Assembly (NCBI GenBank): GCA_964361595.1
Contig: CAYIAX010000001.1
Span: 32,100 to 96,099, forward strand
Source of the DNA: an uncultured Candidatus Saccharibacteria bacterium
GTDB lineage: Bacteria; Patescibacteriota; Minisyncoccia; UBA6257; 2-01-FULL-56-20
Length of the DNA stretch: 64,000 bases
Direction: 5' to 3'
The number at the start of each line of letters is the position of its first letter. The first letter of the stretch is position 1. Under the pieces are notes generated by a model. It was given only the letters and a program-made list of their open reading frames with translations. It was not told the DNA's origin and ran no database searches. Below, in pieces: positions 49,591-59,725 of this stretch. The position numbers and the translations under genes were made by a program.

Positions 49591-50109
49591 ATGATTGTGA
49601 TAAACGACATGAAAGCACAGACCAACGTACAACTAACGCGCGTCAAAGCCGAGCCCCGGGATATTTTTTTGCATCTTTTGGCGATCGTTACGCTTTATGC
49701 GGCGGCCATCAGCTTTTTGGTGCTCGTTTTCCAGTTAATCAATCTTTATGTTCCGGACAAGCTCGAACTTCAGGATTACTGGCGCAAGGATTCGATTGTA
49801 AGCACAATGCGCTGGGCAATTGCCGCCCTGATTGTCGTTTATCCGGTTCACATCATCGCTACCCGATTTTTAAACAAGGCGTATGCAGCGAAGCCGGAAA
49901 AAAGAAATTTGCGAATCCGAAAATGGCTGATTTATTTCACGCTCTTTGTGGCAGCGCTTATCATCATCGGCGACTTGGTTACGCTTATTTACCATTTTTT
50001 GGAGGGCGAACTTACCTTGCGCTTCATACTCAAGGTGCTCACAGTTTTCTTCGTGACTGGAAGCATATTTTATTACAACTTTTGGGACGTAAGGCGATAT
50101 AATGAGTGA
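49591..50109 (+). CDS. DUF5671-like membrane protein
   Basis: PRD.FL.L, RKWLIY.TLF, GDL, FL.GELT.RF. Confidence 0.8.
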   Translation: MIVINDMKAQTNVQLTRVKAEPRDIFLHLLAIVTLYAAAISFLVLVFQLINLYVPDKLELQDYWRKDSIVSTMRWAIAALIVVYPVHIIATRFLNKAYAAKPEKRNLRIRKWLIYFTLFVAALIIIGDLVTLIYHFLEGELTLRFILKVLTVFFVTGSIFYYNFWDVRRYNE

Positions 50110-50220
50110 GATACAAATAATACGAATTTAAAAAGCCGGATTAGTATTTATTCGTATCATTAGTGCAATTCGCATATTAGTATCATAGTTACGCGCATAA
50201 GATTTTTAAATTTTGATTTT

Positions 50221-50682
50221 ATGAAAATTTTCGTCTACATCGTTTCCGCCGTTGTGTTCGCCGCCGTAGTCGTTGGCTTTATTGCCGTCGGTTCGCCCGG
50301 CACCCAACGCTTGCGCCGCTTTGATCTGCAAAGGATCAATAACTTGAGTATGATCCAAAATGAGATCATCAATTTTTGGCAGGTTAATAAAAAATTGCCG
50401 ACTACCTTGAATGAAATGAAAAATGAAGTTCGCGGCTTTGCCTTGCCGGCGGACCCCGAAACAGGCGAGCCGTATGAATACGCCGTTAAAGGCGATCCCA
50501 TAAATGGGGAATTCCAGCTTTGTGCGACTTTCGCCTTGGCGGACGATGCGCAAACGAGCGAGGCGTACCCCCGCTATTTCCCAGGTAATTGGCAGCATGG
50601 CGCAGGCAGGCATTGTTTCGACCGCAAGCTCGAGGAGCAGGAATTTCCCTTTTACGGCAAGCCGATGCCTATACCCCTCTAG
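50221..50682 (+). CDS. Membrane-anchored pseudopilin-like protein
   Basis: GSP...R..RFD..R, LP..L, DPETG.PYEY, LCATF. Confidence 0.65.
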   Translation: MKIFVYIVSAVVFAAVVVGFIAVGSPGTQRLRRFDLQRINNLSMIQNEIINFWQVNKKLPTTLNEMKNEVRGFALPADPETGEPYEYAVKGDPINGEFQLCATFALADDAQTSEAYPRYFPGNWQHGAGRHCFDRKLEEQEFPFYGKPMPIPL

Positions 50683-50732
50683 CCCCAGATTGTAAGAGTT
50701 GACACCTGCCGGCGGTCATTAATAATAAAGAT

Positions 50733-51356
50733 ATGAGAAAAATAACATCAATGGTCGCCATAGCTTTTGTTGCCGCCCTTTTACTGCAGACGTCGGCCGC
50801 AGAGGCAGTATCGTCAAGTCGAAAACAGGCAACGAGCACGGGCTCGAGCACGCTTGAGGTGATTAGGGGCAAAGCGGCCTCGAGCACTTTTGCGGCTTTC
50901 CGGGCGCGGCTCCAGCAAATCAAGGATGCGCAGAAGCGGAAAATCGTCGAGCACATCGTCGGCCAGCTTGAGGCCTTAAATAAGCGCCTTACCGATCATT
51001 ACTTGAACGTGCTTGATAAATTGAGCGGAGTCTTGAACCGAATTCGTTCGCGCGCGGATAAGGTGGCAGCCGACGGGTTTAATGTCTTGAATGTGCAAAC
51101 CGCGATTTCGGATGCCGAACGGGCCTTGAACGATGCACGGACGGCGGTAATCACCCAGGCCGGCAAGTCTTACGATCCCACGGTTTTGGTTGAAGCCAAG
51201 CTCAAGGATAATGTAAAAAGCGTTCGGCAAGCTGTGCGCGATGACTTGAATACAGTTCTCGATGCCGTCAAAGCCGCGCGCAGCGCCGTACAAAAAGCTG
51301 CCGTAACTTTGGCGCAAATTCCTAAAGTCGATGAAGCCTCATCAACAAATCCTTAG
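50733..51356 (+). CDS. Secreted alpha-helical protein
   Basis: Signal peptide and coiled coils. Confidence 0.7.
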   Translation: MRKITSMVAIAFVAALLLQTSAAEAVSSSRKQATSTGSSTLEVIRGKAASSTFAAFRARLQQIKDAQKRKIVEHIVGQLEALNKRLTDHYLNVLDKLSGVLNRIRSRADKVAADGFNVLNVQTAISDAERALNDARTAVITQAGKSYDPTVLVEAKLKDNVKSVRQAVRDDLNTVLDAVKAARSAVQKAAVTLAQIPKVDEASSTNP

Positions 51357-51359
51357 AAC

Positions 51360-51560
51360 ATGAGTAAAACACTTATCATTGTTCTCGTCGTAATTCTTCT
51401 CGCCATCCTCGCCTTGTTACTTTGGGGCGGGCGAACAGAAGCGCCGAGCAGTCAGTCGGACACGACAAGCGAGATCCAACAGGATCTGGATCAAATCAAT
51501 TTGAGCGGCGATCTCGACTCTGAATTTGGCGAAGTGGACGCGGGTGTAAATTCGCTCTAA
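51360..51560 (+). CDS. Small acidic membrane-anchored protein
   Basis: N-terminal TM, acidic tail, terminator-like hairpin after. Confidence 0.65.
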   Translation: MSKTLIIVLVVILLAILALLLWGGRTEAPSSQSDTTSEIQQDLDQINLSGDLDSEFGEVDAGVNSL

Positions 51561-51614
51561 GCCGTCACTTGGGAAAAATCCCCCGCGCGGGGATTTTTTC
51601 TTTATACTGGAGAC

Positions 51615-52175
51615 ATGCCGCATTATCGCAGTCTGAATCGCGCAGTTGTGAAACTGCTCCGGCAAGGCAAGATCGGGGTTTTACCAACAGATACGATTTA
51701 TGGGCTCGTTGCTTCGGCGATGAAACCCGCGAGCGTGGAGCGGGTTTACCGTGTGCGCAAACGTGATCCGCGGAAGCCGATGATTGTACTCATCAGTTCG
51801 ATGAATGATCTCCGTAAGTTCGGCATAAGACCGGCTGCCGCCACGCGAAAAATTTTAGGAGCAGTCTGGCCCGGTCCGGTGAGCGTGATTTTGCCCTGCC
51901 GGGGGCTTAAGTATGCGTATCTCCATCGTGACACCAGCTCGCTGGCTTTTCGTTTGCCCACACCTCCAAGCCTGCGGAAATTTTTAAAGCAAAGCGGGCC
52001 CTTAGTCGCGCCTTCTGCTAATCCCGAAAGCAAACCGCCGGCCGAAACCGTAGCCGCAGCCAAAAGATATTTTGGCGCGAACGCGGATTTTTATGTGGAT
52101 GTGGGCCGGCGCACGGGTAAGCCTTCGGAACTCATAAAGATTGTTGGCGCGAGCAAAAAGATCCTAAGGTCTTGA
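51615..52175 (+). CDS. tsaC: L-threonylcarbamoyladenylate synthase (YrdC/Sua5)
   Basis: PTDTIYGL, K.R...KP, WPGP, SAN. Confidence 0.92.
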   Translation: MPHYRSLNRAVVKLLRQGKIGVLPTDTIYGLVASAMKPASVERVYRVRKRDPRKPMIVLISSMNDLRKFGIRPAAATRKILGAVWPGPVSVILPCRGLKYAYLHRDTSSLAFRLPTPPSLRKFLKQSGPLVAPSANPESKPPAETVAAAKRYFGANADFYVDVGRRTGKPSELIKIVGASKKILRS

Positions 52176-52212
52176 TACTCGTTATTAGCGGAAATGGTAT
52201 AATATCTACAAG

Positions 52213-53226
52213 ATGCAATCACGCTTGGAACTCTGGTTTTTTGTTGCGCTTTTTGTCGCGGTTCTGGTCCTGGCCGCGTTAATTTTCTTGCCCTATCTTT
52301 CGGCTTTGGCCGTGGCGCTTGTCTTTGCCATAGTTTTCCGGCCGCTTTATCTCTGGTTAAGAAGGGCGGTGGGACACGAAAGCGTGGCCTCGTTCTTATC
52401 CGTTCTCGTCATTCTCCTCATTATTGCCGCGCCGGTTACTTTTGTCGGCTATAAGATTTTCGGCGAGGCCGTAAGTCTTTATGAACAGCAGGTGAACGGA
52501 ATGGATTCCGCGCCGAATCTAGTTCCTTATTTTGAAGAAAAAATTCGCGAATTTTTGCCGTGGCTGGATATTAACGTGAACGCTTATGTTGAGCAGGGCT
52601 TGAACTGGCTTTTGCAGAACTTGGGTCCGCTTTTTTCCGGCGTGGCGCGCGCGGGACTTCTATTCTTTATCAGCCTTTTCGCCCTTTACTATTTGTTCAA
52701 GGACGGCGCCCGGCTTAAAGAACTGCTCTTGGATTTAAGTCCGCTCTCGGGCCGGCATAACGCGCAAATTCTCGACAAACTTTATGTGACGATCCATGCG
52801 GTCGTGCGAGGGACGCTTGTCATTGCCTTGATCCAAGGTTTTTTGGTTGGGATTGGTTTCAAGATCTTCGGCGTGCCGAATGCGACGCTTTGGGGTTCGC
52901 TGGCCGTCGTCGCCGCGCTTTTCCCCACGATCGGAACCGGGCTCGTTACTTTGCCTGCGGTTTTCTATCTGTTCTTTGTGGATCAAAGCGTAGCAGCCTT
53001 CGGACTTTTAGGTTGGGGCCTCTTGATCGTGGGGCTCGTCGACAATTTCCTGCGGCCGTTTCTCTTGGATCGAGGCACGAATATGCATCCGTTTCTTGTC
53101 CTTGTCTCGGTTTTGGGCGGCATCAGTCTTTTCGGTCCCGCGGGCTTCCTGCTTGGACCCTTAGTCTTGAGCCTGCTCTATGTGCTTTTGGAGATTTACC
53201 GGACACTTCTAGGCGAACGAACCTAG
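52213..53226 (+). CDS. AI-2E family transporter
   Basis: QG...G.G, P..G, DNFLRP, G...GP. Confidence 0.9.
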   Translation: MQSRLELWFFVALFVAVLVLAALIFLPYLSALAVALVFAIVFRPLYLWLRRAVGHESVASFLSVLVILLIIAAPVTFVGYKIFGEAVSLYEQQVNGMDSAPNLVPYFEEKIREFLPWLDINVNAYVEQGLNWLLQNLGPLFSGVARAGLLFFISLFALYYLFKDGARLKELLLDLSPLSGRHNAQILDKLYVTIHAVVRGTLVIALIQGFLVGIGFKIFGVPNATLWGSLAVVAALFPTIGTGLVTLPAVFYLFFVDQSVAAFGLLGWGLLIVGLVDNFLRPFLLDRGTNMHPFLVLVSVLGGISLFGPAGFLLGPLVLSLLYVLLEIYRTLLGERT

Positions 53227-53238
53227 TGTTTGTCGGGT

Positions 53239-55929
53239 ATGAGTTCTTGGCATAACCGGCCGCTGGGAACGCTCGAAAGCGAGCTCCAAACGGATATTCA
53301 GCATGGGTTGACTGCTGCGGAAGCCGCAGCAAGGCGTGAGCGTTACGGCTTGAACGCTTTGCCCAAAGGAAAGCGCGAGCCGATGCTTTTGATTTTTCTG
53401 CGGCAATTCCAAAGTCCGCTTATCTATGTTTTGCTTACGGCCGCTGTCATCGTGCTTCTCACCGGCGAGCGGACTGATGCCTTGATCATTATTTTCGTCC
53501 TGCTTTTCAATGCGGTCGTGGGGACACTCCAGGAGGGCAGGGCGCAAAACACGCTTGAAGCCCTAACGGCATTTGCGACCACCTCCGCCACGGTCTTGCG
53601 CGATAACGAGGAATTGATTCTGCCGGACGAAGAGATTGTGCCGGGCGACATTATTATTCTCCATGAAGGCGAACGGATTCCTGCGGACGGACGCGTGATC
53701 GAAGCCTCATCTTTGCGCGCAGATGAAGCCGCGCTTACGGGCGAATCCGTACCGGTGCACAAAACCGAAGCGACTTTACGCAAAGCCGAACTGCCCCTGG
53801 GGGAGAAGACGAACATGGTTTGGAAGGGCACGCATGTGACGAGCGGCAGCGGGAAAGTGCTGGTCGTGGCAACCGGACTCGAGACTGAATTGGGCAGGAT
53901 CAGCGAAAGCATCAAAGTCGAAACGGAAATACCTCTGCGGCGGGAGATCCGTGCGCTGTCCCGCGTGATCATCGCCGCGGTAGCAGGGATAAGCCTTGTG
54001 ATTTTCCTTTTGGGCTGGCTCTTAAATAGCACTTCAGCGCGGGAAATGTTCGCTGTCGTGGTTTCTTTGGCCGTTTCGGTGATCCCGGAAGGTTTGCCGG
54101 TTGTGATGACGCTCGTCTTGGCCACCGGTGTCTGGCGGATGGCCAAACGGCAGGCGCTCGTCAAAAAACTCCAAGCCGTCGAGGCCTTGGGCCAGGCCAA
54201 AGTAATTGCGGTCGACAAAACCGGAACCTTGACCCGCAACGAAATGATCATCCGCAGAGTTTTCGTCGCCGGTAAGGAATACGAAATCGGCGGCACAGGC
54301 TATGAGCCGCGGGGAGAATTCAGGCAAGGAGAAAAAATCATTGACCCGCCTAACCATCCAGAATTGCTTTTGGCCGGCAAACTCGCCACCTTTTGCGCCA
54401 ATGCGCGCGTGGCCTTGATCGAGGACCATGTGGCGCCGAGCTGGAAAGTCATGGGTGATCCGACCGAAGCGGCGATGCTCGTCTTCGGAGAAAAGATGGG
54501 CTTTCACAAGGAGGATCTGGAACGTGAAGCTCCGCTTTTGGCCGAGTTGCCGTTCGATTACAAAACGAAATACCACGTGACCGCACACGCGGACAGAGGG
54601 AAACAATTTGTGACCGTGGCCGGTGCGCCCGAATCAGTGCTCACGCTTTGTACAGAAATCTACGGAATTAAAAACAATTCCGTTTTGTCCCCGGCGGAGA
54701 AAACCAGGCTGGAAAATACTTTTCACAATCTGGCGGCTCACGGTTTTCGCGTAGTTGCTTTCGCATTTGCGGAGCGGCCGTTCTTAAAGCTGGCCAAAAT
54801 TTTGGATCTGGAAATAGAGTCGCTCGTATTCGCCGGTTTCTTTGCCATGGAAGATTCGCTGCGTCCGGAAGTGCCGCAGGCGATGGAACGCGCGCGGGCG
54901 GCCGGCATTCGCATCGTGATGATCACGGGCGATCATCGGCTGGCGGCCGTCACGATCGCCAAGGAAGCGGGAATTTGGCAGGCTGACGATAAAGTTTTGA
55001 CCGGTGAAGAACTAGCCAAGCTAAACGAACAGGAACTTGCCGCGCTCCTGCCCCGAACTTCGGTTTTTGCCCGCGTGACGCCGGAAGATAAACTGAAAAT
55101 AATCAGCGCTTACAGAAAACGCGGCGAGATCGTGGCCATGACGGGGGACGGGGTAAACGATGCGCCTTCGCTGGTGGCGGCGGATCTGGGCGTGGCGATG
55201 GGCAAGATCGGCACGGAGGTGGCGAAGACCGCGGCGGACATCGTGCTCTTGGACGATAATTTCGGCAGTATTGTTTCAGCGGTGGAGGAGGGAAGAAGCA
55301 TTTATAAAACCATAAAGAAAGTCATTCTTTATCTCTTTTCCACGAGTTTGGGCGAGGTCTTGACGATCGCGGGCGCATTGATGCTGGGTTTTCCTTTGCC
55401 GCTTTTGGCGGCGCAGATTTTATGGCTCAATCTCGTAACCGATGGATTTTTGGATGTGGCCTTGGGCATGGAGCCCAAGGAAAAAGGGTTGCTTAATGAA
55501 AAATTCGGCTCGTCGCGGCGGCAGTTGGTTGACCGCCTGATGGGTTGGCGCATGCTCAATATGGCCCTGCCGATGATGATCGGGAGCTTAATTATTTTCC
55601 GTTTGTCCGATTGGTCCAATATGGAAGTTGCCTGGACCTGGACCTTGACCACGCTTGCGATTTTCCAATGGTTCAACGCCTGGAATTGCCGCTCCGAAAC
55701 AAAATCAATTTTCCAAATGAATCCTTTGAGTAATCCATTTCTTGTTTTGGCGACGCTTACGATTTTTCTCCTCCAGCTCGCTGCGGTTTATACGCCCTTC
55801 CTGCAGGGGATCTTGCACACCGCTCCTTTAAGCCTCACGCAATGGCTCTGGGCGGCTGTGGTTGCGCTTTCGATCATATTTGCCGAAGAAACAAGAAAGG
55901 CTTTCGCGCGGAAAAGGCTTGTTGCCTAA
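53239..55929 (+). CDS. P-type cation-transporting ATPase (type II, Ca2+-like)
   Basis: TGES, PEGL, DKTGTLT, TGD, GDGVND. Confidence 0.96.
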   Translation: MSSWHNRPLGTLESELQTDIQHGLTAAEAAARRERYGLNALPKGKREPMLLIFLRQFQSPLIYVLLTAAVIVLLTGERTDALIIIFVLLFNAVVGTLQEGRAQNTLEALTAFATTSATVLRDNEELILPDEEIVPGDIIILHEGERIPADGRVIEASSLRADEAALTGESVPVHKTEATLRKAELPLGEKTNMVWKGTHVTSGSGKVLVVATGLETELGRISESIKVETEIPLRREIRALSRVIIAAVAGISLVIFLLGWLLNSTSAREMFAVVVSLAVSVIPEGLPVVMTLVLATGVWRMAKRQALVKKLQAVEALGQAKVIAVDKTGTLTRNEMIIRRVFVAGKEYEIGGTGYEPRGEFRQGEKIIDPPNHPELLLAGKLATFCANARVALIEDHVAPSWKVMGDPTEAAMLVFGEKMGFHKEDLEREAPLLAELPFDYKTKYHVTAHADRGKQFVTVAGAPESVLTLCTEIYGIKNNSVLSPAEKTRLENTFHNLAAHGFRVVAFAFAERPFLKLAKILDLEIESLVFAGFFAMEDSLRPEVPQAMERARAAGIRIVMITGDHRLAAVTIAKEAGIWQADDKVLTGEELAKLNEQELAALLPRTSVFARVTPEDKLKIISAYRKRGEIVAMTGDGVNDAPSLVAADLGVAMGKIGTEVAKTAADIVLLDDNFGSIVSAVEEGRSIYKTIKKVILYLFSTSLGEVLTIAGALMLGFPLPLLAAQILWLNLVTDGFLDVALGMEPKEKGLLNEKFGSSRRQLVDRLMGWRMLNMALPMMIGSLIIFRLSDWSNMEVAWTWTLTTLAIFQWFNAWNCRSETKSIFQMNPLSNPFLVLATLTIFLLQLAAVYTPFLQGILHTAPLSLTQWLWAAVVALSIIFAEETRKAFARKRLVA

Positions 55930-55958
55930 GGAATAAACGTGATATTCTTTGTAGACAA

Positions 55959-56693
55959 ATGGTGAAGCTTTCCCGCTCCAAGCTCGAATTGTTTCTTGAA
56001 TGTCCGCGCTGTTTTTGGCTGGATCTGCGCCATAAGATTAAGCGGCCACCGCCGGCGCCGTACACCATCAACAATGCCGTTGATTATCTCTTGAAGCAGG
56101 AATTTGATGTCCATCGCGAAAAAGGCACGCCGCATCCGGTGATGGTTGCGCACGAGATCAAGGCCGTTCCCTACAACACTGCGGAGCTCGGCAAATGGCG
56201 GCATAATTTCACCGGCGTGCAATTCCATCACAAGCCCACGGATTTTTTGGTTTACGGAGCGGTGGATGATGTTTGGGAAAATCCACAAGGAGAACTGATT
56301 GTCGTTGATTACAAAGCGACCGGCGCGAACCAGCACCGGATCTATGATTCTTATCGCCGCCAGCTGGAAATTTACCAGTGGCTCCTACGGGGAAACGGGT
56401 ACCAGGTTTCTGGGACCGGGTATTTTGTCTTTGCCCGCGTAAGCAAAGCTAACGGTTTCACGGGAGCGACGGTCGAAGAGCGCACAGCCGCATTATCTTT
56501 CGATCTTTTTGTGGAACCGCTCGTAGGGGATTCAAGCTGGGTAGAACCCGCGATCGCAAGGGCCAGGGAAGCGTACGATCAAAGCAGTCTCCCCGCAGCC
56601 TCGCCGGACTGCGAATACTGCGCTTACCGACGCGCCAGCGAAGTGCTCGATCTGGAAAAAGCGGCCTTGAAGCCGAAAAACAAAAACGCCTGA
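55959..56693 (+). CDS. PD-(D/E)XK nuclease (RecB/Cas4-like)
   Basis: LS.S...CPRC, G.VDD, VDYK, QL..Y, C-terminal CEYC. Confidence 0.88.
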   Translation: MVKLSRSKLELFLECPRCFWLDLRHKIKRPPPAPYTINNAVDYLLKQEFDVHREKGTPHPVMVAHEIKAVPYNTAELGKWRHNFTGVQFHHKPTDFLVYGAVDDVWENPQGELIVVDYKATGANQHRIYDSYRRQLEIYQWLLRGNGYQVSGTGYFVFARVSKANGFTGATVEERTAALSFDLFVEPLVGDSSWVEPAIARAREAYDQSSLPAASPDCEYCAYRRASEVLDLEKAALKPKNKNA

Positions 56694-56785
56694 TTGTTAT
56701 TCAAGCTTTTTGCTCGGTAATGTTTTTTACATCGCCTAGTGCTATGCTATAGCATAGCACTAGGCGATAATGCTACAATTTGATC

Positions 56786-57184
56786 ATGAGTGGTCTTTCG
56801 AAAAATTGGATGATGCCGCCCCAAGGTGATTATTCCTCACGTAAAGAATGGGAAATAGCTTGCTGGCAAAAACTTTTAGACTCTACTGACTTGATTGATC
56901 TGCTTACCACCCCGCACGAACGCAGAGATTTTGTCATGCGTGCCGCCGCACTTAACATGATTATGTCTGGGAAAAGTTACCGCGAGATTGGCCGCGAGTT
57001 ATGGCTTTCTCCGCAAACAATAAGCGGGCTCAAAAAAGCCTTGGAGGAAAAAATTTATCGGAGCTATTTAGAGCGGAGTAAAACTGAACGCAAAAAGAGA
57101 GTATACAGTTCTAAGCCAGACAAGTTACAGCCGAAGCACCGTGGCATACCACGCCGGACCAAATACGGAAAGATTTACATTTGA
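56786..57184 (+). CDS. TrpR/YerC-like HTH protein
   Basis: LTT..E....R.A....L..G.SYREI...L..S..TIS. Confidence 0.75.
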   Translation: MSGLSKNWMMPPQGDYSSRKEWEIACWQKLLDSTDLIDLLTTPHERRDFVMRAAALNMIMSGKSYREIGRELWLSPQTISGLKKALEEKIYRSYLERSKTERKKRVYSSKPDKLQPKHRGIPRRTKYGKIYI

Positions 57185-57354
57185 AACCCGGCGACTAATT
57201 CTAAACGTTGTCCAAAAGCGACAAGCACCGATGCTATGCTATAGCATAGCATCGTTGCGTTTGGCTTCAGGTTTTTAATTTTGGCCATTTAAATAGCAGT
57301 TTATTTAGATTTTATTTAAGTCGAATTTCTAATCTAAATTGGTATAATTTAAAA

Positions 57355-57702
57355 ATGTTGGCCGTCCGCAAGCCGAAGCTTTTACAGTTTACGTATCACA
57401 GCCGGGCGAAGATGCGCTATTGGGGGTTATCGGAGTCGCGCGTGAAGCATGCGATGCATTCGCCGCGGCGCGTCGAGGAGGGGATTGCGCCAAAGACGAT
57501 TGCGATGATGCAGCCTATCACCGTTAAGCGCGAACAGGGCCGCGAGACTTGGAAGCAGGAACTTTGGGTGATGATCCAGGATATGGGCTCGCGCCGGAAA
57601 ATCATCAGCGCCTGGCGCTATCCGGGCATGACGAAGCCGCGCGATGAAATTACGAAAGATTTTTTACGCCAGGAATACCGCGCTTACACGGCGCGGCAGT
57701 AA
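57355..57702 (+). CDS. DUF4258/BrnT-like small basic protein
   Basis: FT.H...KM...LS, ELWVM, IISAWRYPG. Confidence 0.6.
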   Translation: MLAVRKPKLLQFTYHSRAKMRYWGLSESRVKHAMHSPRRVEEGIAPKTIAMMQPITVKREQGRETWKQELWVMIQDMGSRRKIISAWRYPGMTKPRDEITKDFLRQEYRAYTARQ

Positions 57703-57857
57703 CAACATTCTCACATTCTCAAGAATATGAGAATGTTGTTTTGTAGCCTCTCTTCAATTCTTTACTCCGATTTTTCAGCGTCGGAGTACAAAGCTGAAGT
57801 GAGGGGCAGAAGCAATGTGAGATCGCTTCTGCCCGGATTGGAGGCGGCGATGCCTCC

Positions 57858-58376
57858 CTAGTTTGCGGTGGTGTGAGCGAGGGCCTGCGCGGTCCTCGCC
57901 TTGTTTACCACCGCCTGCGTCAGACGGTGGGCGCGGCGCACGAGCTGCGTGATCTCCTTGCGCGCCTCGGCGGTCTCGCGGGTGGTTGCGCCGAGCTTGG
58001 CGAGATCGCCCAGCGTCGCCGTGCGGCGCTGACGCTCGACGTGCGCCCGGCTCTCCGCGAGCTCGCGCTCGCGGCGCGCCTGCGCTTCCGCGCGCGCTCG
58101 CGCTGCGGCCGCGCGCTCCTGGATTTGACCCAGATAGCGCAGGGCCGCGGGCAGCGGATGGAGCCGCACGTCCTGCCTCCGCTCACGCTCGCGGGCGCAC
58201 CGCGAGCAGAGCGCGAAGCTCCGCACCTGTTCGTCCGTGAGGTCGGCGATCCCGACTTCACGGTCGAGGATGCTCTCCACGGCGGTCGCGATTCCGGCGA
58301 GCGCGAGGACGCGGGTGCCGCTTTTCAGCATTTGGGCACGGCAGCCGTGCCCAGCGCATTTCAAAATCTGTGGCAT
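57858..58376 (-). CDS. GC-rich orphan with Cys motifs and coiled coil
   Basis: TTGACA/TATAAT promoter and SD AGGAGGTGG upstream; C...GC and LCSRC. Confidence 0.6.
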   Translation of the reverse strand: MPQILKCAGHGCRAQMLKSGTRVLALAGIATAVESILDREVGIADLTDEQVRSFALCSRCARERERRQDVRLHPLPAALRYLGQIQERAAAARARAEAQARRERELAESRAHVERQRRTATLGDLAKLGATTRETAEARKEITQLVRRAHRLTQAVVNKARTAQALAHTTAN

Positions 58377-58496
58377 AAGCCACCTCCTGTCTTATATTAT
58401 ACCACTCACAGTAATAATGTCAAGGATAGGCATAAACCCGCATTTTAGCTATGATTTTATGTAAAGTGTTGAATTCAAATCTCGTCTAAACTCACG

Positions 58497-58937
58497 ATGA
58501 TCCTCACTTCACCGGCATTCGAGCATAACGGGAAGATTCCCAAAAAATTTACCTGCAGTAGCTTCGATGTAAATCCGGAACTGCAGATTCAAAATGTGCC
58601 GCCCGCGGCAAAGTCTTTGGCGCTCATTGTGGATGATCCAGATGCGCCGTCCGGCACCTTCACACACTGGACGGTTTGGAATATTGATCCTCGGACAACT
58701 TTCATTAAGGAAGAAAGCACGCCGCCCAAAGCCGTTGAGGGCATGACTGATTTCGCTAAAATCGGTTACGGCGGGCCATGTCCGCCTGCCGGCAAACCGC
58801 ATCGTTACTTTTTCAGACTTTTCGCTTTGGATTTTATGTTGGATTTGTCCGCGGGCGCAAACAGAAACGAATTGGAGTCAGCCATGAAAGACCATATTCT
58901 AGCCGAGGCGGAACTTATCGGCATTTATGGGCACTAA
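58497..58937 (+). CDS. YbhB/YbcL (PEBP/RKIP-like) protein
   Basis: DDPDAP, HW, GYGGPCPP, HRY.F. Confidence 0.93.
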   Translation: MILTSPAFEHNGKIPKKFTCSSFDVNPELQIQNVPPAAKSLALIVDDPDAPSGTFTHWTVWNIDPRTTFIKEESTPPKAVEGMTDFAKIGYGGPCPPAGKPHRYFFRLFALDFMLDLSAGANRNELESAMKDHILAEAELIGIYGH

Positions 58938-59006
58938 TTGATTCTTGTCTTGAACTTGCTGAAGGGTTACATTTTTCTCTTTTTAAACAAATAGTATAAT
59001 TTAGCG

Positions 59007-59375
59007 ATGACACCCCGTTCAGTAATTTTATTATTGCGTTTCGGCCTGGCTTTTGTTTTTGCCTACGCCGCGATCTCTTCGTTTATAAACCCGTTTAATT
59101 GGATCGGTTATTTTTCGTCATTCATGCGGAGCCTGCTGCCCGAAAACCTGCTGCTCATTGGATTTTCGATTACGGAGCTGTTTTTAGCTGTCTGGCTGGT
59201 TTCGGGAAAATATGCGGTCTGGGCTGCACTCCTAGCTTTCGCCATGCTCGCGGGCATAACCGTTTTCAATCTCCATGTTCTTGATGTGACCTTCCGCGAT
59301 GTCGGGCTTGCCTGCGCAGCGCTCGCGCTTTATTTCGCTGCGAAATCCGAAAAGCAGGCGAACCTGGGAAATTAA
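59007..59375 (+). CDS. DoxX-like membrane protein
   Basis: LRFGLAFVF, E, RD.GL. Confidence 0.8.
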   Translation: MTPRSVILLLRFGLAFVFAYAAISSFINPFNWIGYFSSFMRSLLPENLLLIGFSITELFLAVWLVSGKYAVWAALLAFAMLAGITVFNLHVLDVTFRDVGLACAALALYFAAKSEKQANLGN

Positions 59376-59494
59376 CCGCCTAATTAGCTGGATCAAACTA
59401 AGCCCGATGGTTATCCACAGGTTGCTTGACGGAGAATAAACTTTGCTTTAAGCTCAATTTAATGGTTGCATATGGGAAATTGAATGTTTGCGCT

Positions 59495-59618
59495 ATGACC
59501 CCCGTCTTTTTTGGCGTCCTTACGCTTATTGTGATTAAGACCAAGGTGGATTCAGGGGGTAGAGTATAAAATTGGACTAAAGAACTAAAACCCCCTGGAT
59601 CCAGGGGGTTTTAGTTCT
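59495..59618 (+). promoter_or_regulatory. Putative leader-peptide attenuator
   Basis: ORF MTPVFFGVLTLIVIKTKVDSGGRV* (59495-59569); TGGATTCAGGGGGT can pair with the 5' arm of hairpin 59581-59618. Confidence 0.55.
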
Positions 59619-59725
59619 GGCTTAGACGCTCCGCGGCTTTTATGAAAAAGATGCCGAGCGTCCAGGCCGTAAGTCGTGGTCTGGTTGGAAGGGCTCATTA
59701 ACAAATTAATAGGAAGGGAAAAACC

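Noticed and set aside
55959-57254. CRISPR-Cas locus (Cas4-like nuclease plus palindromes)
   Set aside because: No cas1/cas2 or effector genes and no regularly spaced repeat-spacer array; the palindromes are dispersed.
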